DNA of 63,091 bases, the filler included, from Choristocarpus tenellus KU-1152 (taxonomy: Eukaryota > Protista > Phaeophyceae): NCBI GenBank assembly GCA_964200185.2. It is 12 parts of 12 records of this genome, joined end to end, with 100 filler letters (N's around TTAATTAATTAA, not from the genome) between each part and the next. Parts side by side here need not be neighbours in the genome. Positions count along the whole stretch, not along the records: positions 13,129 to 19,184 come from CAXNAD020009054.1; positions 19,285 to 23,796 come from CAXNAD020014220.1; positions 23,897 to 28,326 come from CAXNAD020014590.1; 9 more parts are not named here. One strand, given 5' to 3'. The notes under the pieces are model-generated. The model saw only the letters and a list, made by a program, of their open reading frames with translations. It was not told the origin of the DNA and ran no database searches. Position 1 is the first letter of the stretch; each line of letters starts with the position of its first letter. Below are positions 13,210-26,900 of the stretch, piece after piece. A program made the position numbers and the translations under genes.

Positions 13210-13619
13210 TTATGTTGGTTTTTTAATCTATTGCATTTCAACCATATTTCGATGGATAAAGTTCTGATTTTGACTTGATAGTGTTTATTTCTCTATTGTT
13301 CGAAATTTTTTCGACACAATTCACAAAATATCTTGTACAAACTGTATAACAATCCGACTTCTGCACATGCTCCCTCTGTCCCGTAATACTGAGCTCGTAA
13401 GTTAGAGCTCTTCAGGATGACCTCCAATTACAAAACGGAACTTTGTGTTGGATTCCTTGGAATATTTTACACAAAAAAGTTCAAATAATTCTACAAAGAA
13501 TTCAATTCTGAAATGGTTCCGAGAGAATGGAACACAGAATGGGGCACACACATACATATATTAATCATTTTGAATGTTCCTGCTGCAGCGTGGAGCCACG
13601 CAGCACTCTCACAACCCCC

Positions 13620-14837
13620 ATGGCGAGCCGCCACTGCCCTTTATCCCCGGAATTAAGCCCACCATCTTGGGGAAAGAACTGTGAGCTGATCAAGAAAGGT
13701 CGGACTGCATTTGCTCTGTGTTATGCATTGGCTCTTCCTCTGGGACACGAGAGGTGTGGGTGTGAGGTCTAAATTGGTGAAAGAGTTTGGAGTAGGAGAA
13801 AGAAAACCTAGACGGGTGTGGGCGCATGTGAAAGAACAGTTAGAGAGGGGGAATGCCATCTCCCTGAAATCAGAAGCACGATCTGGACATCTGTTGGACT
13901 TTACGCCAACAAAACAAGCGAAGATCCGGAAATCAACGCCAGCAATTGCACGCTGACTATCAACCAACTTTCCGCCAAGCTCGCCGAAGCGGACCTCGAG
14001 GTCGGCAGCTCAAAGCTTCATCGCTGACTCAAAGTCATGGGGGCAACGAGTGCTTAGTTGCACATTACCCCTACCTTGCCTTTTGTTTTCTCACAAAAAG
14101 AACAGGGTGGACTTCATCCACGACCAGATCTCCTGCAACCGAAAAGCCTACAGGATTGGCCTCAACACCATTCACATCAATGGGGTGTGGTTATACCTCA
14201 TCCACGAATGAGAGGTGGGGTGCATGTTCCTGAGGGAGGAAAAGGTGAGCTCGATGAAGGTGCAGCACAAGAGTTGACTTCACATTCCCAAAGTGATGTT
14301 CATCTCCGCTATTCTGCACCTAGATCCTTCCCATGATTTCAACAGCAAGATCAGGATCTGCGGGTTTGCCTCATGAAGGAGATGCCGTTGATCTGGGGGT
14401 TTGGGCGGAGCATTATGGTGCCGTCGATGAACTAGTAGAGGGGGTTTCAAGCATGTTCCGCATGTATGATGCAGACGCACTCGAGAGGGTGTGGCAGAGT
14501 CTGTTTATGAGGCACAATCAGGTGTTAAGGGTGCTGGGGGGGAACGATTTCGAGGTGGAGCACACTGGGACTAAAAAAAGGTTACAGGAGGGCAGGTTGG
14601 CTAGATTGGTTGAAGTAGACTGAGTGGCCTCCACGGTGGCCCTGGATTGGTGGATTGATGGTGTCGAATAAAGTCGAGACATAGTTTTAAAATGTAAAAT
14701 ATCCCAAGGAATCCAATGCAAAGGTTCCTTTTGCAATCGGAGGTCATCCGAAGAGCTACAGCTCAACGGCCCAGACTTATGGGATAGAGGGAATGTTTGT
14801 TAGCATCCTTAAAATGTAACTCTGGGTACCTCTCGTT
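13620..14837 (+). mobile_element. Second, internally deleted mariner-like element with right TIR GGTACCTCTCGTT followed by TA
   Basis: Fragments homologous to the 11285-12790 protein (KEFGV, RSG..L..TPTK, KVQHKS.HIPKVMF, YDADALERVWQSLF.RHNQVLR..GGNDFEVEH). The QQDG/SDLN catalytic block is missing. The terminus matches the 60153-60410 MITE. Confidence 0.8.
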
Positions 14838-15836
14838 TACTCAATTGGAATCATAGTGATTCTCTGTGCTAGGAAAATAACTGCAAAGAGGAAACAGGAG
14901 CAAGCACTATACATAGAATTACATAAAATTGTTACATTAAGCCGATGGAACGTACACATTCAGTCCTACTTTTGCTGTCACCTATTTTAACTCTTTGGCA
15001 ACACTCTGTCACCATGTGTCTTTCTCGACCTTCCATACAAGGGCCACCTTGCTTAGTGAATTGTGTGTGTGTCTTGTGCAATGCCAGCAAATATAATGTA
15101 GCCATGACCCAGGGCAGCCAGAAGGTCACACCAAGTCATTGCAGGCAGTACTAAGTCATTGTCCATATGCAAGGAAGATTGTCCGCAATTCCCAATCTTA
15201 TGCCCATGAGGGATTCTCCACAACAAACTTCACTTCACAAAATATGTAACCTCTTCGGAGTCTATAGGGCAAGAACGGAGGATAGCAGACAACAAGGAAG
15301 AAATTATGCCATGATCGACAATATAGGGACTGCAAGTCAACAGGAGGGTCACTAGCAAGACCATAAAAAATGTTTGAACAGCCTAGTTACTACCACCACT
15401 ACAACCACCCCTGACCACACTACACAATTTAGAGAATAGAGTTACTCCTCCACACGGTAGCATAGATAGACTAGAGTATTGTCAGAAGTGGTTGTGAACA
15501 AATTGAAGTATGCAACAATCAGCAGTAACTAATTGCAGCAAGAACTAACATATGTGAATACAGAGGCCTCAACCTGCTCTCCTGTGCACAACAACACATC
15601 TCTACAAATTTGTCCCTCCATTACATTCCACTCACAATAACCCAACAAGCGCAAGGTCAATAATCCACAAGAAGGAAAACCAATCAGTAAAACCCTGTCA
15701 AGAAATTGATCTTGACAAGCAACTCCCTGTTTATACTCCCCTCACATCCCTTGTCAAACCTATCTCTAAACTTCGTTTCTCTGCCACCTTTCCTGTCTCC
15801 TGAAGTTGAGGTTAATTATCGAAATTGTCCCTAACA

Positions 15837-18812
15837 CTATTGTTTCCGGCACTGGCGCAACATGACGGCGGTGAGGTCGAGCAGCTGTAGTATCTCACTT
15901 GAGCCGTCAATAAGGCACTTGTCCACCTCAGCTATCTTTGTGCAGATGGCAGCTTTCTTCTGATCTGGAATGTCGCTGTCAGCTACTGTTTCCTCCTGTT
16001 GGGAAGGTGTTGAGCGTGGGCGGTAGTTGCTATGTCATAGTAGAGTTGAGGGAGTGAAAGTCGGATTTCGGAACTTGAAAACATAACCTATCTATTCCTC
16101 TATTATGCCTGAGTGATGGAGTGAATGTGGAGCACATAAGGTTTTCTCACTCTGAAGCATCGTTTGTACTCTACTCTACAAGCACACCCTCAAACAACAT
16201 AATTTTTGGTTCAATGTCCAAAATTACTTGAAAAGCACGCCGCACGAAAAAAAACAAAAAGATTTAGCCAATGGTATGGCATAGCAAAAAAAACATGATT
16301 TTAAAGGGTATATGCGGGGATTACTTCTACCGTTCACTAAAAGTGCATTACGTCACAAAACTCTGCTCACTGCTGAATTTCAGTAGAATGTAGGAAATTT
16401 CAATAGTAGTCAGTGGTCTGCCTCAAAGAAGGCTCCAATAAAAAACCAAGGCAAGAAGCTACATCACACATTTGAGTTCACATTATTCACCTCTCTTGCT
16501 CTATCTTATATCTATGCATGGTTTGCAGAGGAAATGCACGTCTTGGTAAGATTATTTTTAGTTTTTTTTTTTGCATATTAACTCCACAGGTTTGTGGATG
16601 AATCCATCGGACTGCGTTTTTGAGTGGGTTCACTGCAAGGGACAGGGTAGAAAAAAAGTATCATACTGATATATATATATATATAAAACATGTAATAATA
16701 CAACAGGAATATACAAGACCTTTGAAGGCTAGTTAGCAAGATATTAACTAACTGGGTCTACTACAAACTTGCTCTATATTACTTCCAACTGTGCACGAAG
16801 GCTACTGTTGAACATTAAAAAAAAAGACCGCAGTTCCAAAACCGACCAATCACAATATAAAGCACAATCTGTATAACTAAAACTCTTCCCACTACCAGAA
16901 CAACTTTCCTTGCTAATTTTCAACTATGGGGGTATAAAATTCCATCCTTATACTGTTCTGGTAATAATAATCGACACTGGTGGTCAAATATAGAAATAAT
17001 GATCAAATCACGGGGTTGAAATGATGTGATTTTAAAGCCGATTCAACAAGCATATTGTGCACTCAAGACCACGATCTCTAGAGGTGAAATAGAAAAAACA
17101 TGTGCAGCATAACCGCCACAAGCACTCTTCATGTTGCTACAAACCAACACAGTACTAGTGAGGAATGAGAGTCAACCAGCACTTGCCTGCAAATCAGCCA
17201 GAAGGGTCCCCAGTGGGAATCCTTGTCCCACAAAGTCGTCCACAGCGGCCTGTTCCAGGAACAATTCACACAATCAAGCATAGCTAGTTATTCAGACAGT
17301 TTCATGATGATGTGATCATGCAAATTTGACTACAGTGCGCCCCCTGGTGTGATGTGTGAGAGAGGTAGGAGTCCTTGTTGATGAGGGATCAAAAACAAGC
17401 TACTATACATCATCCCCACCTATACCTGTGACACCCTTGTATGATAAAACATGTAGTACCAGCAGAAGCACCTCTGTGATGCTACGGAGTGCTACAGGGT
17501 GACTGCAGAACGCTATATAGATATGGTGCTATGTAACCAGAAAGCCAAACCTGAAAGTTGACACAGAAAAAAGAGTACGATATCTGGAGTACACCTTAGT
17601 GTCTAGGAGTACAAGGGAAAAGCGATGATTAACCACTTTGACCAGTTCGTGTAGCTCCAAAGAACTCACAGCGGGAAGATTAGAAGAGAAGACATAATCT
17701 GCCCCATATCTTTCTTTTTTCTTTTTTCTTTTTCTGATCATGTTAGGTTTCAGCGCGCACACTACCAATACACGTACAAGAGTCGCAATGTAAACATCCA
17801 TGACCCATGAATAAAGTGTATCACATCAGCATTATACCAATTATTAAAAAAAAGTGACCTTTTTATCAGTCTGACTGGAGGATATCTAAACTAAACAGAA
17901 GGAAAAACCCAGGACCATTCTTACATTATGCATGTAAATTTACCGAAAAATCCACTTTATCTTTCCACTTCGACCTTAAAATTTTTCAACTCTTGAACTC
18001 CGTGAAGTAATGCTGTACGCTTTTCTTGCAGATTTCAAAAACCCAACAGACTTGGGTCATAAAACTCAATCAAACATGTTCAAAAAAAGAATGCACCAAT
18101 GGATTGCATACATATATATAGATGTACGAATCCACTCTTTCTGTCATTTGGGAATTGAGGTCCGCTACCTCCCCAGTATGGTTCCTCCAGGCAGAGTATT
18201 GCCAAGAAAATTGACCACTTTCTGAGGATTAGGGGTGTAGACCACTGCAGGAGCACACGGCAAGTGCTGAAGCTATTCTCATGCATGCTTCAACTAGGCC
18301 TTGTACAATACTATGGAGCATAACCATAGCGGCGAAAAAGGACAGAGGAGAGTACAGTAGAGTGAAAGCATCTTAGAGGGTAAGAGTTTTGCCCGTTTGT
18401 CCCTTTGGGGTTTGGCTTCCCTCGGTCTTTTTATTTATTGACATTTTACCTACTCCTAAATGTTTTGGAGTAGGTAAAATGTATACGTTATGAAAAGGTG
18501 TGTCCGGAACAAGGATATTGACGTTTCTTAACAAAAAACACATTAGTCCAAATTAACATTGCAACATTGGATTTTGGCCCCCAAACGGGCGTGGCTCTAA
18601 CCTCTTAAGATACTTTGACGCAGCACAGAGTTCAGAAGATCTTGTCAACCTTGTCGATGCTTGAGAAAGCGGTGATAACAGGTGGGGGTGGGTGGAGGTT
18701 AACCACTCACCTCTAGTCTTGTGAACGAACCCGACCGAATGGCCTCCCACAGCATTTTCTTCACATCGCCAGGAATTTTCCCCGCAATATCTATCAGAAT
18801 TTCCGGTGTAAC
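15837..18812 (-). CDS. RFC4: Replication factor C subunit 4 (yeast Rfc2-like), last three exons: 18812-18711, 17249-17187, 15995-15837
   Basis: Spliced peptide VTPEILIDIAGKIPGDVKKMLWEAIRSGSFTRLE / AAVDDFVGQGFPLGTLLADLQ / EETVADSDIPDQKKAAICTKIAEVDKCLIDGSSEILQLLDL...RKQ* matches the RFC4 C-terminal domain (DIAG.IP, SGSF..LE, K.AEVDKCL.DG..E.LQL). All junctions are phase 0; the second intron is GC-AG. Confidence 0.9.
18360..18621 (+). mobile_element. MITE family A in an RFC4 intron
   Basis: GAGTGAAAGCATCTTAGAGGG...AGATACTTTGACGC; flanks AGTA/AGCA (4-bp TSD, one mismatch). Confidence 0.88.
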
Positions 18813-20979
18813 CTGCCACCACATTGTAATGGGTAAATTGTTACGCACCCAAGTGTGCACACATATACGGTTAAAAAGGAGGTTGTGAGGGGTGGGGGGC
18901 AGGGGAGGGGGACAGGGGGAAAGAAGACTCAAGAATGAACGACATTCCACACGTTTGATACAAAGAAACCAAGTTAGGGCTGTCCTTTTCGACAACAAAA
19001 ACATTTTGACTTTTTTACAACATGGAGGCGCGAAATGTATGCCACCCAAAACGTTTTGGAAAAAAGCTACCACTGCACATGCTGCTGAGATTTGATTTTT
19101 TTTTTTTTATACAAGCCGAAATAACTTTCTTGCGTAAAAAAAAGAACATGGCCACTTATGGAAGAGAGAAATGAAGAAAGAAGCNNNNNNNNNNNNNNNN
19201 NNNNNNNNNNNNNNNNNNNNNNNNNNNNTTAATTAATTAANNNNNNNNNNNNNNNNNNNNNNNNNNNNNNNNNNNNNNNNNNNNTGTGCTCACTCCGCTA
19301 ATAAATAAATCCATACAACTTAAAGCAAATATTCTATTGGAAGAGTTCTCTTTTGCATAACCTCTTCGTGTTGCTAAATAGAGGGCAAACCACAGGATTA
19401 CAATACAAGAACCAAAAATATCTTGCCATAACAAACACGATCAATCTCGGCATCATAAGCATCTCTCTCCCACCTGAATCCTGCAAGGCTTTCTGATACA
19501 AGCAGAATGTTGTATTATAGTAAAGGGTGTTTGAACTTTATATACAAAATTTGAGGTGATCAGCAATAGTTTTATCGTTAGGTACAGGTTTTGTGGCATT
19601 TTGAAATCGCTCCATGCCAACTAGTGGCATCACAGAGGGAGTTAGTTACCTTCTGGCTCTGTGATTGTCACCATCTCCTTGTCACACCTCTTGTGGCATT
19701 CCCTCCTCTTCGCCCAGAGCACGTGTCCTCAATGAGAAGACCCCAATTGTTGTACCAGGCTACTCTTGCAAACAACATTGTGAAATCTCCCAATTGCCTA
19801 GTAGTGCTGCCACGAAGAGTGCACGCCTGAAAAAATAATCAAGAACCAACATCAAACCTCTCAACTACCTAGAAACCTGACCAAATACCTAAACATATTA
19901 AGTGTCGTTTGGTGGGTAGAGCCTGAAACAGATGAGTTTGATACTATTCCGAGTCACAGTTCATATATTTCTATTGATAATAATATATTGTAACCCATGC
20001 TCCTATCTCTCCCAGGTGGAGGTTTGTGTTTTGTTTAGACAGAGGTAGGAGGGGGTTGGAATTGGCATCAAAATGGCATTGTAGTGTATTCTCTGTTCGC
20101 TCGTTCTAATCATTATGGGTGTGTAGCTCTATGCCTTGGTACTAGGGTATACCATTGCATAATGGTGATATTTCACTCCAGAGGTAATGGTAGTTTCTAC
20201 GTTTTCTACCTTCATTCACCCTTGGGTATCGTGCCCCATCCTCCCCCCTGTCTAGATGTCCCCTCCTGCCTCTCAGGCACAGGTTGTAGGGGTGAAGACC
20301 AATAATCACTCCAAGGTGGTAGGGGGAAGAATGAATCTGAGCGATGCTAGGCCTGCCCAAAGTGTAAAGGAGCTTTCAGTGGGAGAACCATCTGCACACA
20401 TTGATGCCAAGGCAATGAGTAGTGTCAACCAGGAATATGGTCCTTGCCCACTTGAGGTAATGGTGTTTCCCTACCAGGACACCTTTGGTAATCAAGGGTT
20501 TTCCTGGGAACCCCGTTGGCTAGTGGGAGGCTAGGGAGTGCTTAGAGTGAGGATTATTTGTGGTTTGGGGGCATCAGGCAAGACGTTCATTCCACAATGG
20601 AAATGTGTGCATGGTAGCCATATCAAGATTGATTGTAATATATATGTTTTTATACCAATAGTCACATTGAGGGGCAGAACTCTAGGGGACATTGTACAAC
20701 CCAAGATGTGCACTCCAATGGAACATAGTGGCCTGCGTGGTTCATCGGGGCAATGGAATTGCTCCTATTTAGAAATACTCCTTAACATTGATCCTCACCT
20801 TAACGTGGGCATCACTCGTGAGGTGGAAGTAGAGTATCCCCCATTGCTTTTTACTACGCACTAAACACAGCAGTACAATTTTTGAGTCCCTTCACATGCA
20901 ACCTCCGCCCTTTTCATGACAGGTGTTTACCACCAGAAAGTGGAGGAAAGGGAGGGGGCTGGGAACTCCCGAGTAGCAT

Positions 20980-21204
20980 ATGGGTCATATTATTATCCCC
21001 GTCCTTGGTGATGGAAATTGTCTTATCAGGGCTCAAATGGGAGTCTTGATCCTGCGCTTGGCTATGGACCCTACTCATACCAACAGCGTTATCAACAAGC
21101 AAAGGATGGCTGCATCTGTAAGCAAAGTTTCGGGGAAGGGGTGCCAGGTGAGTTGGTACAAAAACTTAAGAGCAGAGCACAAACAATGTGTACTGCAACT
21201 CTGA
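20980..21204 (+). pseudogene. OTU-like cysteine protease motif fragment (IIPVLGDGNCLIRA), probably transposon-derived
   Basis: The GDGNC-L-x-RA catalytic Cys motif is clear; the rest of the domain is not recognisable. Confidence 0.4.
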
Positions 21205-21464
21205 ATACACTCTAATGTCCTTTGTTGTTGTAAGTCTGGATGGACAAAACCTTTGTGGAGGAAGCATCTATGGCGAACTCCGTTTGTGATGCTTACTTTG
21301 GTTTTCCTTGCCTACCCAGCGATTGTATCATTCCTCTTTTTTCTTCGCCTCTCTGTTTGTTGGATTCTCTACACAGGTCACCCCCCCCCATTGCAGTTTT
21401 TTGCTCTCCCTTGCTACTTGTGACAGTGCTCACCCTCTCCTTCCCACACTGTTCTTCACTACAG

Positions 21465-23586
21465 GAGAGTGGCAGTGACATTGAGCAAGCCTTCAAGTTA
21501 ATGGAGGGGGTGGGCAAAAAGGGAGGTAGTGCAGGATCGGCAGCAACGGTGCTTCGTGTCCTTATTCGGGGCCGAGAGGACCAGATTTCAGCAGTCGATA
21601 GGGGCTTGGTCCTGCTTGGCCGCATGGCATGCCTACAGGAGCTATTCCTGCTTGCAGAGCGTGGGGAATCGCTCGGCAACGACTGCCAGGAGCTAACATG
21701 GTGGAAGGTCTTCCATTTCTCCGTGTTAGAATGTGATGGCGTAAAACAATTACCCTAACCCTAACCCTAACCCTAACCCTAACCCTAACCCTAATACATT
21801 TTGAAGTAAGGGAAGTGATCCAAACCAACGTTGCTACAAGCAAGAATGCTCAGCAATGGACAAAAAAATATGGCATATGGAAATCTACTCTGGTGTTTGG
21901 TGCTGTACCTAGAGGACTGATTATACATTCCCAATACAAGGTTTTATCTGCACCAGACCTCTCCCCCTTCTTCTGTCTTCTCTTGAATGTGTCGAACCTG
22001 GAATGACTCACCCTGCCCTCTCCCATCCTCCCCTTTTCTGGGTGCTTTCATCATATGGCACTACATAGGAAGGATTGCAAACAAGTCTTTTCCTTTATGG
22101 GCTCTCGGACAGATGGAAAGGGAGGGGGACTGTCTACGTGCCTTGATGTAGGACTCAACATGGCTGTGGAGGATGTCCCGTATCATAATGACCCTGCACA
22201 GATCGTGGTAAGATTCTGATTTTATAGTATCTTGAGGTTCAACTGGAGAGCTGTTTACAACATTGGCAAGCATGGGATTGTGGTATACTTTTGTTGTGTA
22301 GTAGATAGGTGTGTCTATTCTATACCACGGTCAGATTGTGTTGAGATTCCTAGTTGGTGTTAGGGCAACATTTTCCCTGGTATTGATCTACAAGTCCTCA
22401 GTCCATACATAGAAAAAGTGTCGGTACGACTATATTGCGAGAGTTTCTCCAACCTCTGTTGTGCTAACTGAGCTCAATTATGGATCGCCAAGTACTTGGC
22501 GACAGCATAGTTGTAAGAGGTGATGTTAATGTTAGTGTTTCTGGCTTAGTGTCGTTGGTTATTGTCTGACCATTTGAACTCACAAAGTACAGAAGTATCT
22601 TGGGGGGGGTATGCAAATAGGATGCACTTACCCTTCAACATCCCCCACCCCCTCAATATACTACATACTTCGAAGTAGTATATATTTTTTGATATTAAGA
22701 TCACACCGAGGGTTAAGGTCCATTTGAAGTGTCAAGAACACCCTTTTACATCCTACGTTTCCTCACAACAGCTTGTATCCGAGGATGTGATGTTTTGTAT
22801 GATAGAGCGATCGGCTTTGTGGAGGTGCAAAGGAAGGCAGGTCAAATCAACAGCATCATTGGTAGTCAGGATTCTCATTGGGCATTGATTGATGCTCTGT
22901 CTAGTAGGTGCTTTAAGGTTGGTCACCTTGTGATTAAGATGAATGTGCCCCAATCAGAGGGGGCGAGCTCAAATGGGTGGCACCAAAAATACAACATGTA
23001 CCCATCAGATTGATAGTTGACTTCTCCTCAATGTGGCATGTGCAGCCTTTGGGAACTGGCCTTGCAGAGGGATGGGAGGATGTAAAACGTGAAGTCATGC
23101 CCTGCAGTGGAGGGGGAGCCTCAGTGCTCGGGAGGTACAACCACTTTGACCTTATGGTGGGACCAAATACGCGGGAGGGGAGGGCAGTTGAGAAAGCTTT
23201 CAAGGAGTTGGGGAGGAGGCCCACAGAACAATTTTACCGGCGTCAGGCCATGGAGGTGGCCCAGCTCACTCGAATGCTTCGAATGGAGGAGCAGGACTAC
23301 TGTATTGTGGAGGAGGGGAGAAGCAAGACTCTCTGCCGCAACGAGGTTGATGATGCAGGAGTGAGTGAATGATTTGTTTGTATTGAACCACAACTATCGA
23401 CCTCCCTCTGCCTACATTTTGGGGTTGTGCGCATTTGGGTAGAGGGTGTTTCTTTAGTCAGTAATCTGCACCGCATAAAAGTAGTCAAGCCCTCTCTGCC
23501 CACCTCTCTACACGGTCTAACCGCTCAGCCAACCCCACCCTATTCCTCTCCAGGATGACGACTTCTCGTACGAAGGCGGTTGCTGA
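21465..23586 (+). CDS. 3' exons of an unknown host protein: 21465-21707, possibly 22772-22840, 23046-23360, 23554-23586 (ends ...DDDFSYEGGC*)
   Basis: Pyrimidine-rich CAG acceptors, GTGAGT donor at 23361, open phase-0 exons with coding-like composition; no recognisable domain. Confidence 0.55.
21753..21794. repeat. Interstitial telomeric array (CCCTAA)7
   Basis: Read directly; shorter arrays at about 31607, 32801, 39828, 46915, 55960, 57640 and 60257. Confidence 0.95.
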
Positions 23587-23937
23587 GTCCCTGTCAATTG
23601 ACAATGGCAGGCACACTAGCAATGGGAGCAAGACTGGGGATGAGGAAACTGGGAGGGTAGAAGATGGAGGACTGGGGATGGGCCGCAAAGGGAGGAAGGT
23701 AGAGGGACAAAGACCAGGGAGAGCAAAGGGGAGTAATGAGGGTGGTTCGAGAGGTGTGACAAAGGCTAGGGGGACAGTGGGGGGAGTATGAGAGGGNNNN
23801 NNNNNNNNNNNNNNNNNNNNNNNNNNNNNNNNNNNNNNNNTTAATTAATTAANNNNNNNNNNNNNNNNNNNNNNNNNNNNNNNNNNNNNNNNNNNNGTCT
23901 CTTCATTCTTAAATTGTTTCTTCTACAGAATCTTCTT

Positions 23938-26900
23938 TTACACATGAATAAAAAGCATATTCTTAACATTGCCGACCAAGAACGGCGCCTCCGTTGCCAC
24001 AAAAATGGCAAACCTGCCTTCCTGCACGGAGACGAGGTCTCCATCGTTCGCCGATCTCAAGGTAGCACGAGACCAACCCCGTCGATAGAAGCCAGCTTCT
24101 TCTGTATCACTGTCCGATGAGGAAGAGTCTGTTTCCTCGAGCCCGCCTAGATCATTGTCACCGCTGACGACATTACCTCCTCCAACCGAACGTTCGCCCT
24201 GGTCGGTGTCTTCGACATTGCTGGTACCAGTTCCGGCACCATCGTCATCGGTGGGAAGCCAATGGACTGGGAGGTCGAACTCTCGTTCCCCTGTCTTTTT
24301 GAGAAGCCGCACAGACTCATTTTGCTCGTGTTTCGCTCTCTGAATGGCTTCATCGTCTGTGAAGGTGGAATCCATGAACACAAGAACATCAACGGTATGG
24401 AAGCATGGATGTTACTTTGTAACCAGGCGTGAGGTTTCACGAATGCGCTCGGGGAGCATGCAGTGAGAGGGAGGGTGTATATTTCGTCGGATACGTGTCT
24501 GTTGAGTACAAGACCGGTACCCTCAAAACATTTATCGGGGGTAATCTATAGTACTTTTTATTGTAACATGCGACAATCACTACGCATGAGAATGGAATAT
24601 TTTTCAAGATTGTTTTTGTAAAGGCTGTAAAGGCTGTAAAGGCTGCCTCGTACAGAAGTTGCACCAGATTTTTTTGGCTACCACCGAATACAAAAATTAG
24701 CCATCAACTCCCCTCACGAAAAAATTGACTTACCCAGTGGGTACAAAGCAGCGAGGCGCTCATGCGACGCCTGGTACCGCTGCTCCACCTTCAGGATGAC
24801 GTCTTCAGGAACGCTCTTGAGCTGGTAGGGTGGTGAAACTTGGAGACGAGGCAGGTGGCCGATGAGGAGGTCGTGTGGAGGGGCGTTTGAGTGATAGCAA
24901 CGTCTCCGCCTATCCCCCTCCATGCAGTGCTGTGCATGTATTGCTTTACGCTAACCTTAACCCGCCCATCACCGCCTTTTTCAACGCGAAAAGCCCTGTA
25001 GCTCGTGATATTGGGAACACGGTTGATGCGATCGTGAAGGAGTCCCTTAAAGTTGCCCTCGTTCCGTAGGGTCTTCCAGTAGACTGGAACCTCCGTGTAA
25101 GAGGCCTGCAGCTCTTCACCCAGCTGTGTTCTTGTGAATATGTTATTCCCTTTTATACTACGTGAGAACCTGAAGGTGAAATACAAGCAAATTAATTTTG
25201 AGGCGGGGGTGAAAGAAACGACGTGGAGAAGCAACATATATATGCAGACACATGCTCTGATGCATGTATATGGAAGTATAAATACAAAAAGGGGTGATGC
25301 GTACATTCTTTTATTGTTTTGTTTCGAGAGTAGGTTACAAAACAGTTTTGGCAGCTGCTCTTATCGTGCAATTTTGTTGTGGGGAAATCAAAGGTGAACC
25401 AAACAATTGCAGTGTATGACCATAAACCTTCCAGAGACGCAACAAGCGTGAACTGCAAGCCTCAAGGCAGTATCTATCCGTTTAAAAACACCATGTGACT
25501 ATCGCACTTATATACCTTGCCTAATTACCTGGAGAAGATCTGATCGATTTTGATGTGCGTGTGCCCCACCATCATAAAATGTATCTCGACCACACGAATG
25601 ACACTCGCCGCGACCAACAGCCCCGCATATCCGNNNNNNNNNNTTGTTCTCTGAGACGCAGCTGTCGACCTGGCCAGTTTGGGGAGTTGGGAGCGAGGGA
25701 GGGATAGGCGTGAGGCCGATATGTCAGCCCATTTCACCACGTTTCATGGAGGAACAGGGATGTTTCCAGTAGTGCTAGAGCACAAGCTCTACATCACCGC
25801 CATCATACATGCAGGTTGTAACACACAAACCAAAACTAAAGACCGTGTAGTTAGTTACTTGGTGACTGGTATTCGGCGAGCATGTGTTGAGTAGGTCGTG
25901 TCAAGATTAAACTTTCTTACCTGCCAATGCGCGTGCTGGATGATGCAACCCCCCGCGTGATCGAGGTTGTTGTGATACTTGTCGATAAGCCTTGTGAAGG
26001 CAAGGTGGGTGGCTATGCAGACAAGGTTACAACCTGCGCGAACGATGATATCCGTCATTAGTTGGCAAATAGTACTTTGCTTACTTACGCATTGTTTAAT
26101 TGTAGCTAAAAAGAGGGGTAATGGAATGTGTTTTTGCGATGTCGAGCATATACACCCGAATGGCTGATATACATGTCTGTGGGTCTTCCTCCTCCTTGAT
26201 TAGCTCTTACGCTCCTCTCGCCCTTCTGAAGCTGAGGCGTACGAGGGCAGGGGAGCACAGCGCATCATCAGTTAAACGACTGTTCACCAGGCCTGCGGTA
26301 TCTGTAGGCAAGTCGTGTAAGGATGTAGTCGTCCTCGGGTATCTAACCTACGGCAGGTCCACTCGCCATGACGGTAAATCAAGTGGTGTGTGCGCAACAG
26401 GTATCCATTCAGTCGTGTGATTGTTGAGCCACAACCCACAATACGTACCTCCTCCAAGACTGATAGGAGTGAACACCTCCGCGAACTGGTCTTCGACGTG
26501 TGCAGCCATGATCTTCTGGCGCTCGGAGTAGCCCCTGTTAAGAAGGACATGAACCAAAGAAACGTGTAAAGAAAGGTGTTGCGGTGCGTAATCATCATGA
26601 TGAACGGAATAGGTAGTGGAATTATGTGCGTCTGTTTAGGTGGTTATTTCTTGTGGTTCATGCACTCATTCGTAGAATAAAACAGGGTCGTCTATTCTGT
26701 TCTGCGTGAGCTACAAACTTGTTGACAGATGGACTCTGCGTGCGTGTGGTTACCTGTCACCGCCGTGGGTCGGTAGGTAAAGTGCTGGGAGGGCGCGTGA
26801 TGTCTGGTTCACTGCGTCTACGGACATGAACACAAAGCCGAGAGGTTTGCCGTCGGCTATGGCCCGCATGGCGCTGCTGGTGCTGTTGGCAATGACCAGC

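Noticed and set aside
22061-22273. RecQ-like GKDLFAILP fragment
   Set aside because: A stop codon falls where the TGxGKS Walker A motif should be; too short to support.
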